64,000 nt of DNA from Utricularia gibba (lineage: Eukaryota > Plantae > Magnoliophyta), in assembly GCA_002189035.1 (NCBI GenBank), contig NEEC01000004.1:3596001-3660000 (forward strand), in the 5' to 3' direction. Positions within the stretch are counted from its first letter, which is position 1. Each line of letters starts with the position of its first letter. The position numbers and the translations under genes are program-made. Of this stretch, positions 25,081 to 39,400 are shown in pieces. Below the pieces are notes generated by a model. It had not been told where the DNA came from. It ran no database searches and worked only from the letters and a program-made list of their open reading frames with translations.

Positions 25081-28000
25081 ATGGCTTCCGTTAACAACCA
25101 TGCAATGGACGGCGACCACCCAGATATCGAGAATGGCGCAGATGACTGGCCCATCGACCCGGATTTCTCCGATCCCTTCGACATTGCCAACACCAAGAAG
25201 GCGTCGCGAGAATCGCTCAAGCGTTGGAGGGTAAGATTTCGAGCATCCTGGTTTTTATTGCAGGAACTCGTGTTTTTCTACCACCCGAACTCCTCTCATG
25301 TTTTTATAACAGCAAGCTGCGCTTGTGCTCAATGCTACCCGCCGGTTTCGATACACGTTAGATTTGAGAAAAGATGAAGAGCAAGATAAGAGGAGGCGTA
25401 TGATTAGAGCGCATGCTCAAGTCATTCGGGTGATGAAGTCTAAATGCCATCAACTACCATTTCATTCCTTTTTAACTTCTTGATGTTAAACTTGCAATTC
25501 CATCGTAGGCTGCTTTGCTCTTCAAATTGGCTGGGCAGAGAGCGATAGGTGCTTCTGTATTCTCTATCTTCTGCTTTTGTGATAATTCGAAAATCATCAT
25601 CTTTAAATAGGGTTTCATTCAGTTCTAGGTACTTCAGTTTCTCCTCCCTCTCCAAGTGGGGAGTATGGCATTGCACTTGAGCAGCTTGCTTCAATGAATA
25701 AGGACCAGAATGTTTCTGCACTGGAGCAGTATGGAGGGGCAAGATGACTGCATCCTTTATACCACTTTCATGTTTTTCTTGCAATGCGTGTACCCCACAA
25801 ACTAATATCAACACAACTTCAGGTTAAAGGTCTATCAGAGATGCTGAAGACAAACTCTGAGACAGGGATTGATGGAGATGATGTATTGGAAAGAAGGAAG
25901 GCCTATGGGTCAAATACGTATCCTGTGAAAAAAGGAAGAAGTTTCTTGGTAATGATTCATTTGTATTCTATGGCAATAAGTCTTTTGTCTCTTCTATTGT
26001 ATTTTGGAGCTTTTGTTCACATCTTTTTTTTTTGAACATTCCGTTTCTGCTCCTTACCCAGTTATTTTTGTGCAGATGTTCCTATGGGACGCTTGGCAAG
26101 ATTTGACTCTCATTATCTTAATCTTTGCTGCTGTAATATCATTGGTTCTTGGAATAAAAACTGAGGTTATTTTGCCTTCTCGGAGATTCGACACACTGTT
26201 GTCTAGATCATGATGAACCTGAGCTGCAGTCATGCCTAATTTGAGTAATTTCTGTTGCGTTTATAGGGCATCCAACAAGGATGGTATGATGGGGAAGCAT
26301 TGCCTTTGCAGTTTTTCTGGTTATTTTTGTCACAGGTGATTCCAATTTATTCTCCATCAAAGTTGCAAACATTCTGTTCTCCAATTTATATTTTCTTTTG
26401 ACACCGAGGAAGTATTAACTATGAACTGTAATTTTTTAAAAGTGAGGCTCTTTTCTCAAATTTTTTCAGCCTAATGATTTTTCTGATTGGTGTGTTTGAT
26501 TCATAAGTGATTTATTTGATTCTATTTTGATTGCATTCATTAATTTAAAATTGATCTGTTAGTGATGATGCACATTCTCATGGCCATATTTTTGTCCCTC
26601 ATCTTCAGCAACTAGTGATTACCGGCAGTCTTTGCAGTTTCAGAATTTAAATGAGGAGAAGAGAAACATCCAAGTGGAGGTAATTTCGTTATCAGACTAC
26701 TACTTTCTCCCAGATTTCCTGAAAAGCACATGATTGCCGACTGCTACTTTCTTTTGAACATATTGTCTAGGTGATAAGGGGTGCTCGGCGGGAAAAAATC
26801 TCCATATATGACATTGTGGTTGGAGATGTTGTGCCTCTCAAAATAGGAGATCAGGTAAAGTACTTTCTTGCTTGAGTCGCTTGGTCACTTTTTAAAGCAC
26901 TATCTGAAAGCCTGATAATACTTAATTCCAGGTTCCGGCTGATGGACTGTTGATAAGTGGTCATTCTCTTGCCATTGACGAGTCTAGCATGACAGGAGAA
27001 AGCAAGACTGTAAGCTGGTTAGAATTTTTTGTACTGGCTATATATGGTCGTTGATCTTACATTTTTCATACAAAACATCATCATGTAGGTTCTCAAAGAT
27101 CAAAAATCCCCTTTCTTACTGTCTGGTTGCAAGATTGCAGATGGTGCAGGAACCATGCTTGTATGTCAAGAAAACTTTTACCTATGTTATTGAATTCTGT
27201 GATTTGATTCGAATTGACGGATGGTGTCATTCACCTTCAAAATGTGTCCTTTTCCATGATTTTTCTATCCATGCCGATTCTTTAATCTCTTCTTTGTTGT
27301 TCCCCATTTTTATGATATGATTACACTTTCAATAATTTGTTTCAGGTAACTGGTGTAGGAATTAACACTGAGTGGGGATTACTGATGGCCAGTATTTCGG
27401 AAGATAATGGTGAAGAGACGCCATTACAGGTACACTTCTCCTTGTCAATACATGATAATGAAATGCAAAAAAAAAGTATGGTGTATGATACATGCAGGTG
27501 CGCCTGAATGGTGTTGCGACATTTATAGGAACCGTTGGACTCATTGTGGCAGCTTCTGTTCTGATTATTCTCGTAGCAAGGTAGTTTGCATGATTTCCAC
27601 TGCATATGCATTGAAGCCAATTCCTGAATCACTAAACGCAGTTTACTTCAGATATTTCACAGGAACCTCAAGAAACCCTGATGGATCTGTGCAGTTTGTA
27701 GGTGGCCAGACAAGTGCCAGCAAAATCGCAGATGGACTTATCCATATATTAACTACTGCTGTAAGTCTTGGAATATGTAACAAGCTTTCATTCTTATGAT
27801 AAATCTTTCACTGAGTGATTTTTTTTTCAGGTCACTATAGTGGTGGTTGCGGTACCAGAAGGGCTTCCACTTGCTGTAACATTGACGTGAGTGGGGCATG
27901 ATATGATCCTTCCCCTCTAACACTCAACTTGTGACTTTGATTTTTGTTCTGATCTGTCTTCATTTTACAACAGACTAGCATACTCCATGAAAAAGATGAT

Positions 28001-31000
28001 GGCTGACAAGGCTTTGGTATACCTCTCTGTTGAGAACATGTGTTTCCTTGTAATTTTGTGTTATAGTTGTGACATCCATTTCTAACTGGCATTGATAAAT
28101 TGATCCAGGTGCGTAGACTTTCAGCCTGCGAGACAATGGGCTCTGCAACAACCATTTGCAGTGATAAGACTGGAACTTTGACTCTCAATCAGGTTGCATT
28201 AGTTGTCAAAATCTTAGGGATAATGAAATTTCTTGCTCCAGTGTCCTAACTTCTGCAAATCCCCGAAACGATACTGTGAGACAGATGACTGTAGTCGAAG
28301 CATATGTTGGTGGGCAGAGGATTGATCCCCCAGAAAATGTTTCAAACTTTCCACCATCAATTTCCTCTCTTCTTGACGAGGGAATAGCCCAAAACACTGC
28401 TGGAAGCGTCTTTCTATCCAAGGTTTTTCCTCTACAGATTAAATGCAATGTTGTTTCTAAACCTCTATGAAACAGTAGTAGATTCAAAAAATTTTTTATA
28501 ATGTTATATTTTCAATTTTGTAGGATGGTGCGGTGGAGGTCTCTGGATCTCCAACAGAGAAAAGTATCCTTCAATGGGGTGTCAAGGTAGTCATTTAAAA
28601 CTTTTTAATACGTATGAGGTGTACGTCGGATATCTCCGCCCTGACATGGGAAAACAAATTCCTTTGCAGTTTGGAATGAAGTTTGACATTGTGAAATCAG
28701 AGTCTATAGTTCTTCATATCTCCCCTTTTAATTCTACTAAAAAGAGAGGAGGCGTTGCTGTAAGAGGGAGGGTAATCACTTGTTTTTCTTTTCTCCCCTT
28801 TTCTTCCTAGTGGTAACTACATTCATAATTAATCTGCATACAAATTTTCGGTCCTGCTGGGATCTGTTTAGAATATTGTTCTTATTTATTGAACAGACTG
28901 GATCTAGAGTACATATTCATTGGAAGGGAGCAGCTGAAATAATTCTATCTGCTTGTTCACAATACATCGATGCAAATGGTTCCTTGAGGCCTATACATGA
29001 AGTGCAGGTGATGCTATTCCGTGGACTAAAAATCAAGATGACTTAGCCCCGAAATATTGCATGCATAAAAAATAGAAAGCATATGGAAACATTCAGAAGA
29101 AACTTCCCGTTACAGGCTTTCTCTAATGATGCCTTAATCTGGTGATCAACTTCCCCTACAGGTTTTCTTCAATGATGCCATCAATACCATGGCGGCAAAA
29201 AGCTTGAGATGTGTGGCTCTCGCTTATAGACATTGTGAAGCAGGCGAGGTTCCAACTGATGTACCACAGATGGCAGAGTGGGCATTACCTGAGGATAACC
29301 TCATTCTACTTGCTATTGTTGGTATTAAGGTAATTAACCTTTGTGTTAGGATATTTAGTAAGCAAATGATTTGGTAGTTTTTTGTTGCGTTACCAAATTA
29401 TGTTGATGTTCTCATGCACAGGATCCTTGTCGCCCTGGTGTCAAAGATGCAGTGGAACTATGCACTCATGCTGGTGTCAAGGTGAATAGCCCCCTATTAA
29501 TCAGTTTTGTAATTTTTTCCAAAGATCCTTTCCATTTTACAGTTGTTTTGATACAATATTTGCTGATGAGCTTCTTTCGCTTCCTGAGTTGCTTAGGTGA
29601 GAATGGTTACCGGAGATAACATTCAGACAGCAAAGGCAATTGCTATGGAGTGTGGCATCCTTCCCTCAAATGCTGACACTAATGAACCTTTTGTCATAGA
29701 GGGAAAAACGTTTAGAGAAATGTCTGAGAGTGACCGAGAGCATGTTGCCAAAATGATTTCAGTATGACTTAAAAGAAGAAACTTTTTTCTTTTTCAGCAT
29801 TCCACTTGCTTTACTGAGAAATGACTCATAGGCATCTGTTTTGATGTGTTCAGGTAATGGGGCGATCTTCTCCAACAGACAAGCTTTTACTTGTCCAAAC
29901 ACTGCGTAAATTTGGCGAAGTTGTTGCTGTAACTGGAGATGGTACCAATGATGCTCCCGCACTGCATGAGGTTTCTTCAGACCTGGGACTTGCATCACAA
30001 GATTTTTGGCTATTACTTTCCCACATGAAATGTTTAGCAGTTAACTGAAAACAATTTGGTAAAGACCAACTGCCTATATTCATTGTTAACCAATTTTTCT
30101 TTATCTGGATCTGTAGGCTGACATAGGTCTTTCCATGGGTATACAAGGAACTGAGGTCGCAAAAGAAAGCTCTGACATTATCATCTTGGATGACAATTTT
30201 GCTTCAGTTGTAAAGGTGAGGGTGCAAGCATAATGACTTGGAAAGCTCTCATGTTTTTAGCATGGAATCTGTGACAGTGGCTTTTGTAAACATCTTGTAT
30301 GACGTTCATTTGGATTTACTGGTGTAGGTTGTGCGATGGGGACGCTCTGTGTACGCAAATATCCAAAAATTCATTCAGTTCCAGCTCACTGTTAATGTTG
30401 CAGCTCTTGTAATAAATGTTGTCGCTGCAGTTTCCTCCGGGAATGTTCCTCTGAATACCGTACAGGTGCTTTTCTATCTTCAGAAACATTATCATTGTCC
30501 TTGGTGAGCATGCATGCATCGAGTACTCCTCTTCAAAATCATCCTTGCAATGGCAGAGAGGCTTTCTAACTCAGTCACATGATGAAGTATTTTTAAAGTG
30601 ATACATGTTCAAATTCATTGATATTCACCATCTCTGGTGCAGCTTCTGTGGGTTAATTTGATCATGGATACTTTGGGAGCTCTAGCACTGGCCACTGAGC
30701 CCCCAACTGATCATCTCATGGATAGACCTCCAGTTGGTCGCAGGTCCGAAATTTTTCCAAACCACAGCTGAAACTTTCCTACTGTGAATTCTAAAATATC
30801 ATTCCTGAACTGTTGTTGAATTGTAAAGGGAGCCGCTTGTCACCAATGTTATGTGGAGGAACTTGGCCATACAGGTACGCATCCTATCTGCTGTTGTGGA
30901 TATATTCAACACTCGGTGACTACTTTTCTGTGTTGCAGGCACTGTATCAAGTCCTGGTCCTCCTGATCCTCAACTTTGGTGGCATAACCATCCTTAACTT

Positions 31001-31609
31001 GAAAACTGAACCCCAGAACATGCCAATATGCTGAGGAGTACAATGGTCTTCAACGCATTTGTTCTCTGTCAAGTCAGTATAAATCAGGGAGCCTGATCCA
31101 AAATATGTTTGATGAATTTGGTAACTGACTCTTAAGTGCCTAACCCACAGATCTTCAACGAGTTCAATGCCAGAGAACCAGAAAAAATAAATGTCTTCTC
31201 AGGTGTGATGAAAAACCACCTTTTTGTTGGGATCGTCGGAACTACTCTGATACTTCAGGTCTGCACTTCATATCCGACGGCTTTTATTTGCCATTTGGGT
31301 GATGATCAGACCATTTGTACGTGTAACCCTTATCCAGATAATCATCATCAATTTCCTTGGGAAGTTCACCAGCACCGTCAGGCTTGATTTCCCTCAGTGG
31401 ATGATTTGCATAGTTATCGGCTTCATCAGGTCGGAGTTCTGTGCTACTGCTCTCATGTTTGGACTCCCCTTATGCAGGGCCTAACAAGTTTCTTGTGATG
31501 CAGTTGGCCTCTCGCTGTTGCTGGTAAGTTCATGCGGGTACCGAAAACACCTCTAGCCAAGGTGTTCATCAAGCCATACCAGAGATGCATTGCTTCCAGA
31601 AACGCCTGA
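25081..31609 (+). CDS. ACA9: Autoinhibited plasma-membrane-type P2B Ca2+-ATPase, ACA9-like, >30 short exons; two apparent 1-nt homopolymer frameshifts
   Basis: N-terminal calmodulin-binding [17 protein letters not shown], plus [18 protein letters not shown] (P-site, about 28157), [16 protein letters not shown] and C-terminal ...IASRNA-stop, all resembling Arabidopsis ACA9. Exons 1-8: 25081-25230, 25313-25429, 25509-25548, 25623-25738, 25823-25948, 26076-26165, 26267-26335, from 26609. Confidence 0.92.
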
Positions 31610-31798
31610 ATGTCCGCCAATCCTGTGGCTGCTTACTCGGAAAATATCAAGCTTTTACGAGGCAATATGCAGCTTACTTGACCACACACATCCATTGTTT
31701 TGATCCAAACAGGATCAATGAAATGAGTACAGTAATGTTTTTTCAAAGCCTATTATAGAGATAGAAAACACAGAATGGCACAGCTCTTTAGTTGTAGT

Positions 31799-33432
31799 TT
31801 AGCAGAAACAGGAGTAGGCCAAGTGATTCCTTTTGGAAACGTAATGCGATATGAGCTCCTTGGGATCTGAGGAAGCACCGGGAACCAGTATCTGAGTCTT
31901 CCCAGAAGCTATCCTCTTCCCAGCAACATTGGCGTAGAAGAGGCCTGATATTGCCGGCACAAACACATCACTCTCTGAACAAACGTAGAAGTCGATCACC
32001 TTCTCCAACTCTGAGCCGACAAAATCCTCCCTCTTCTCTGCTGGTAACACAGATTCCTGCAAGAAACTCAACTCAGTCATCCTGTGATCAGTAGTATAAG
32101 ATAACAGAGACCAGGGAAGAGGAGGCCACATCCTTGACCTTGGTGTAGGTATTAGGAAACACGTCCTTGAGAGCATTGAGACCACTCTCCCACTTTGTTT
32201 GAGTCACATACAGTGTGGTGTCTTTATCAAATCCAAACTTCCTCAAAAACTGGGCTATTTCCTTGGGATTGTAACAAGTCTTGGAACCAGACTCATCGCT
32301 GCGGCATCCCCTTTTCTCCAGCACCTCCATCCTGAGATCAATTGCCACAAAACGCCCATCGGATTTCCGGCTCAGGGATCTCAAGTGATCAACCATGGAG
32401 TCAACCACTTGCTGCACTTTTGACTGAAGAGCTAAGGTTCCAAACATGCCCAAACAGGCAACAGAATCTGCACTGCTCCTTTCTTCATGCTTTTTCATGT
32501 TGACAGATGGGAAGTATGTGACCAGCCTCATGTACCTCTTTTCTCTGAAAGAAGCTTCAATGTTCTCAGCGATGTAGTCCTGGGAGACCCGGTTTGGGAC
32601 CTTGACGACTGCAAGATTACGAGCGGATGCCCCGGCAGGAAGAGACTTGACCACTTCAACCACACCACCCAAGCTACCGATGAAATACTCAGCATCATAC
32701 ACCTCTTCAAAGTTCCTGAGGATCAACACCAGTCGTCCAGACTCATCAAATCACGCCATGAAACACAAGCAACAATCTTAACTTGAACAGTGTCTTCACC
32801 TCTTGTCTCCAGGTTTATTGCCTCGAATGTCGGGTATAACGAGTTTCGCTCGCAGATATCGAGCAACCACGACTGCATCCGCGATCTGAAGCAGGAGGCG
32901 CAGTAGATGAGCTACCGAACACAAAAGAAAATACAAACACATATCGGACGGTACCTGAGAGACATGGTATTCTGGACCATTGGTCAATGAGAAGGTAACA
33001 TAGCCTTTAGATTCATCAGCACCTAAAAGAGTAGCTAGCAGCTTCTGGTCAGCAAAAAGAAGAAAAAACATGAAAGCCTTAAGAGGAAACACTGACCGCC
33101 AAGTGGCTTCTCCCAACAGGGCTTCAAGCTCAACCCATCCTCCTTCCAAAGCCGATCAGCTCCTTCTGTCACTCTCTCGATAGCGAGCTCTGAAGCCTTA
33201 TTTGAGTTATGAATATGCGGCTTCCAAAACAAGCAAACAAAACTTCAACCGGAGATCTCGATTAAAGGCGGCAGAATGTAAATCTCAGATCCAGAACAAC
33301 AATGATTAACAAAAGCAGGAAATGGGGTACATGGGCAGCATCATAGTAGTCGCGCTTGACCATATCTCCGAGCATTATGAACATCGTGAGGGTGAGTACA
33401 CCGGCGACGATATGCCTTGGATCCACAGCCAT
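31799..33432 (-). CDS. MSR1: O-fucosyltransferase-family protein, MANNAN SYNTHESIS-RELATED (MSR1/2)-like, 6 exons
   Basis: Exons 33432-33331, 33220-33097, 33022-32955, 32885-32800, 32715-32139 and 32056-31799 join in frame with GT-AG introns. Motifs MAVDPRHIVAGVLTLTMFIML, KGYVTFSLTNGPEYHVSQ, SDVFVPAISGLFYAN and KRNHLAYSCFC-stop. Confidence 0.92.
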
Positions 33433-36400
33433 GGTTGCCTGAAATGGAGCAGATCTGCGGAAGTTGATGATTTAGAGGGGGAGGGAAAGTGGTCAGCGTC
33501 GTCGTTACGGAGTTACTTTCTACCATCCCTGCCGACACTTCCGCTTCGGCTACTTAAAACAAAGATCCTCCCTCAGCCCCAGAAGCCCAGTGAAAACGCC
33601 AGCCGCTTTTTGTCGATACTAACTGTTTACCATTTACAGTAGAATAAGTCAGAGAAGAAGGTTTTACAGCAGCACCCTAACGACCCCACATCCAGGAAAT
33701 TGAGGTAATCCGAAGACGATGACTTAATCCTCAGTTGACCGTTTAAACTGCTGAAACTTGTCTAGACAAAAGTTGCTGTCGAGTTATTTCTATTGGAGAA
33801 ATGGGGTCCAACGTAACTACAAACCGCAAATAAAAGAGTGAGCCACGCTTTTCTCCCTAATCCTTTGACCGTAACTTCTTTGTCTCCTTCTAAGGTCTAC
33901 CTGCTTACGGCGATCCTCAACGCTCCTCCATTGGCAAATATTTCTGAATTCTTTTTCGTTACTCCCAATTTAGATTTGAAACTAAGAAACTGATTTATAA
34001 TACCAAAATGAGTTGGGTCATTTGCAATTGAAATTATAGTTTTGTTGTCAATTTTCTATGTGTTTGAGGTAATCCCCAATCACATGGTACCTAACAAGGA
34101 TATGTTTTGATTTCCTAAAATGAGTATTAAAATTAAAAATTCGACGGGTCTAATGAGTTAACATGAAACTTAAATATACAAAAAATATGAATTATATTAG
34201 AAAAAATTAAATTCAACCAATTATTAATAATTTATATTTTTTTATATATTTGATTATGTTATTTTCATTTTCCGATATGAAATTACTTGTTCTATAATGA
34301 ATTGGCTCTTTTGCAATGAAATTGTGACTCTGTTGTTAATATTCAATAATGTGACCTATTGTTGTTTGAATCTAATTTCTTGAGAATCTATCTCAACCAA
34401 ATGTAATGAATGACAATTTGAGTCACTACGATATATTCAGATTGTATAAATGATTGAACAATCATATTTCATCATTTTATTTAGAATTTCCTCTTTTATT
34501 CATACCAAAACACATCTCATTATTTTCGTTTGATCAGTTGCATCATGTTCGCCATTTGCATCTATGAAATAAAGATTCATATCATTTTCTATAATAAATC
34601 ATTTATTTTCATCAAAGATAACTTGTTTACTAATTAAGGTAGTCCCAATCTTATTTAAATACACCTTATAACCTTTTATCACAATGTCTTGTCCCACAAA
34701 CACATCACAATGATATCAATTATCCAATTTGATGTAAAAATTAGGACATGATAAAGACTACCAAATATTCTTAAATGAGAATAAATAGGTTGTGTGTTGT
34801 GCCATAATTCATATGCCTAGAAATAGCTATAGATGACAGCCTACTTAACAAGCATATGACCATTTCTAACACAATTACAATTTTTTTAAATAGTCCATTT
34901 TGTTATTGAGAAGACAAGACAATTAATTTATGTGTAATATTCTAATCCTCATAGAATACTTTCACTGCATTTGGTAAGGTATTCATCTTCATTATCAAAC
35001 CTTAGGATCTTGATTTGCATATCACTTTGTTTTTGAACAAGAGATTTGAAACTATTAAATATATTGAAGATTTATGTCTACGACTTTAGAGGATATATCC
35101 AACAATATATTATGGAATCATCAATGAAAATAATAAGATACTTGCTACCCCCTAAAAAAGTTTGTTTAAAATGACTACTAAAATCAAAATATATCAAGTT
35201 TAATTTCTCACTTAATTTGTCTTCAGAATGTAAACAAAATTTCCTGACTTATTTTCCTTACTTGTAATGGTGGAATTAAGTATTTATCAAGGGATAATTA
35301 TCTTTTTTTTATGGAATTATTTAAAAATTCTGAATGATTAAATTCTTTTTTTTTCATCAAAGAGGGCCACAACTCAATTTTTCCTGACTAAATATTGCCC
35401 CTCCGCATTTGCAAGTTGTACATACCCGATTAACAAATTATATATCCCTAAGTTCTATGACTTCAAAAGCATTGCTCTTAATCACAAACTTATTTAATAT
35501 ACTCATGAGTGCTATGTGAATCACTTTAAAATTAACAAGCTTTTCTCTCTAAACTCTAATTTATCATTTTAGAAGTTCTGTCATATAGTTGCTCATTAAT
35601 GCCTCATGTTCCATTTTGTTTCTTTTAGACTCATCCAACATAATGTAAAGAAAAAAACTTTCTTGATTTCTCATCACTCATCAATTTCATTGAGGATATT
35701 CTAGATTTCTTTAGACATTGAATAAGATGCTATGTTATCAAACATAGGTTCTACATACTTGATGAAGTGTATTCAAAGTTTTTATCTTTCTATCTTAATC
35801 CTTATTGATGAATAGGAATTTTTACATTGTTGCATGAATTGCAAATTTTCATATTAAATAAATTTCTAAAACCTCATTCTCAATCAAACATACATCAAAT
35901 ATGAGTGTATAGAGAAATTAGGATTGAACATGAAAAACAAACTACTTGTTATATAAAAATTAATACATTATATTTTGTTAGGTGGGATATTAAATTTAAA
36001 TTATGACTAATATAACTCAAACAAAAATATATAATAGAAGCAATAGATTATAATCTAGAAGAAACTAATCCGATGTCTTAAGGTACCATGGGTGGTGTGT
36101 TTATCACTTCTCTCATTTCAATCCAATAGAAAATGGTAATCCCACAAAAGACTCAAGTCTACCTAAACGTTTTAATTGTGTTCTAACCTTTTGTCTACTT
36201 GTAGTTAGGTTTCTTAAAATAAACACATTACTCTTTTCCCCTCATGAATTTATTTGAGTTTGATAAAGAAAGAGTAGAAGATTTTGGTTGTTCTGGACTA
36301 AAGAACAATAAGCAAACTCATCCCTTTGTACCTCAATGCGCCACATTTTGCTTAGCTATTCATATTGTTCTAAAACAAGACAAACACATAAAATGACATC

Positions 36401-39400
36401 AAAGATATATCCATAGTAGCAGTTTACCAAACGAAAAAAAATTTTGAATGAAAGGTTAAATAGTTTGTTTTCAATTTATTCCTAACTAAGAGTAGCATTC
36501 GTACGAGAAAGTTATTCACATGATTTGAAAATCTATTTTCTTCTTTTGCTCCTTTTTTGGTCCTTTTTTTCCTATGTTCTTTAAGGGTTGTTCTTCAATT
36601 CATGTATGGATGATTTTTTCCCTCTGGTTTTCCAAAATTTCTTTTCTCTCTCATTTCTTTTCCACTTCTTTTGGATTCATATATACCTCATTTTTTTTCC
36701 TTTTCCATTTTTTTTCATTTTAGACTTCCATTTTACTGTCTTTGCTCTAGAATAGATTCAGTTATTTGTGGACTTTTAGGATGTGACTCCATGAAGTATG
36801 TTGCTTTGCTCAAATAAACAAAATTAGTTCATTGATTTAATCTCAATTTGGAGTAAAATAAGAAAAAAATGTGCTAACACTTCTAACAATAACAAAATTC
36901 ACATGAAAGTTTTAACTTTCGTATCAAAACAAATATATTTTATCAAGTCCAAAAGGATTCCATGTGTGAGTTCAAAATCTTTGCTAATTCCCATCCAAAA
37001 GTGCATATAATTCTTATGGTCCTCTTTATTCATTCTTTTTATTTTTATTGTGCTTTCACATTTCCATTCATGCAAGCAATCCTTTTAATTATTACAACAT
37101 ACTTTGGTATATCATAATTTATAAACCATAGATAATGTCAATGTTCCACTCACCATAATTCTAGCTTGCATGGAGACCACGTTTCGTTAAAATAATATAA
37201 GAAAATATAATATAAAAATATAAAAATAATATAAGAATCCAATATAATATAAAAATTCTAGCTAGCTTGCTCATTTGAAATTTCTATACAATAATATAAG
37301 AAAATATAATATAAAAATACATAATAATAAGATAATTCTATTTTCATATAAAAATAACTTAACTATAAATTAACACCCAAAAATATGTATTAAAATATAT
37401 AAAGAAATAATACTTAACACGAATAAATAAAAGAGATCCACATATAAATAAAAGTTAGATTCAAGTTGTGATCTAGTCTAGAGCAACAATAAAAAATGTA
37501 GGACTCAAGCCTACAAGTTATAAGCCCCAAATTATTATTGGGGTTAGGGTGGAAATACTTAATAAGCAATTGACTTGACATATATTTTATATTTTTTTGA
37601 ATATAAAAGATTGAATATTAATTATAAGTGCTTAGGATGGAAAGACCTAATGACATTATTAATTAATTATCCTATTAAATATTGTTACATGTCTTTAAGT
37701 AAAAAACTTTTCCCTTATCAATATGTTACAATTCAGTTGATACAATTAAATATTGTTGCATGTCCTAATAATTCAGTTGATACAACTAAAATAAGTTATA
37801 ATTGAAAAATAGAAATTAGTAATAGATTGTATTTTCATGAATTGGTATTTTACACCAATTTGTTCTATCCTATAACTAAAATTAAAACCCTTGAGTAATA
37901 ATTTGGGCACTATTGTATTTGTGATTGATGAGATGTTTCTATATAATTCCATCACTTATTTATTTTTTAAATGATGTAATAACAAATATTTTATGTAGAT
38001 GGATATAGAAACAACCAATGGATCTAGATTCCTCTCCTCCTCCCCTTTAATCTCCAGCAGTTTCTAAGGAGCGCATTTCTTGACTAGTCTAAATGACCAT
38101 CCCCTATTCCTTGATTGAGGGTTCCATGTTTTGATGCTCTCCAATGCCACTAAGTGATTATGAAATGCATAACAATGCTTTCTCATGGTGCTCATCTACA
38201 CCATTTGCAAACATGAAGTTTTATATTCACCATATCCATTACACAAAGTTGTTGAAATTGAATCCATCCCCTTCCATCTTGTTTCTGAAGGAAGTTTTGT
38301 TCTTGACTTCAGTTTCTCATTGTTAATGGTATCCAAATCTTTTGCATATTCTTCGGGAAAGCTGTGTTCATTGGAAGTCACTAGTTCCACAATTTATAAT
38401 GATTCAAACACACTTCAATTGTTTCTATTATCAGTTTTCTATTTTGCAATATAGAAGAGTGTGCAACAACGCTTTTTCTAGTAGCTATCTCTAGGGATTC
38501 ACGTTCTGTTAGTAAACTATCAATTTGTTTCAATGGAAGGTGACTTCATTTTCAATCATGTTATGAATGCAGCACACTAAATAATTTTATGAAAATTCCT
38601 GATATAATTTCTTGTAAGTAGGAGTCCTTCTGAAATGCTAATGTACACATCTTCTTTAAACTCTCTATTTAAAAGTACATTATTAATACCAAGTTTCTTG
38701 AGACCTTATACTGCATAGCAATGTCAACCACATTTTAAACATAAAAAACATAAAATACAACAAATCATAATACATATGTTGATAGCAGTGTAATCGGGCT
38801 GGGCCTTTATCGACTGGCCTGAAGCTCGATTGATATGAGCCCGAGCCTGAGCTCAATCCCAACCAGGCTCGATATGCCTAATCAGGCCAACTGAAAAGAA
38901 TTACCTTCATAATAAAGAATAAAACCCTTTACTAAGATATTATTAATATATACAAAGAGAAAAATTATCCTATCACCAACCACAAATACACATAAGCATG
39001 GATCACTTTTGCAGACAATACAACCAATAGATATTATAACTTCTATACATACTGCAATCATAAAGTCTATCTAAGTCCATACATAAATTTCAAGAGACCA
39101 TGAAAGAATACATTATTAACATTGAGGCACTCAAAAATCATGATGATTGAGCACCTAAAGCAATGAATAAGCAAACAATAGAAATTTTGGAAAGTGAAGC
39201 AAACATATCATTATATAGTCAATTTCTTGAATTGGACTTAAATCTCGAGTGACAAAATATGCCTTCTATTTGTTGATAGAGCCATTAATATTTAATTTGG
39301 ATTTATAGACCCAATCATAACCTATTTGCTATTTTTCTGATTGTAAATCAATAATCTCCCAGGTTCCTGTTCAATGTAACACATTGACTACATCATTTAT

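Noticed and set aside
25081-31609. Calling ACA9 or the DUF1666 gene a pseudogene
   Set aside because: All lesions are 1-nt losses in homopolymers, the array copies keep the in-frame base, and no nonsense substitutions were noticed. Sequencing error is more likely.
37189-37320. Direct repeat of AAATAATATAAGAAAATATAATATAAAAATA about 100 bp apart
   Set aside because: A low-complexity A/T tract, consistent with ordinary local slippage.
38040-38460. Possible transposase remnant (KLPSETRW)
   Set aside because: A single short motif without supporting domains, so it cannot be assigned.
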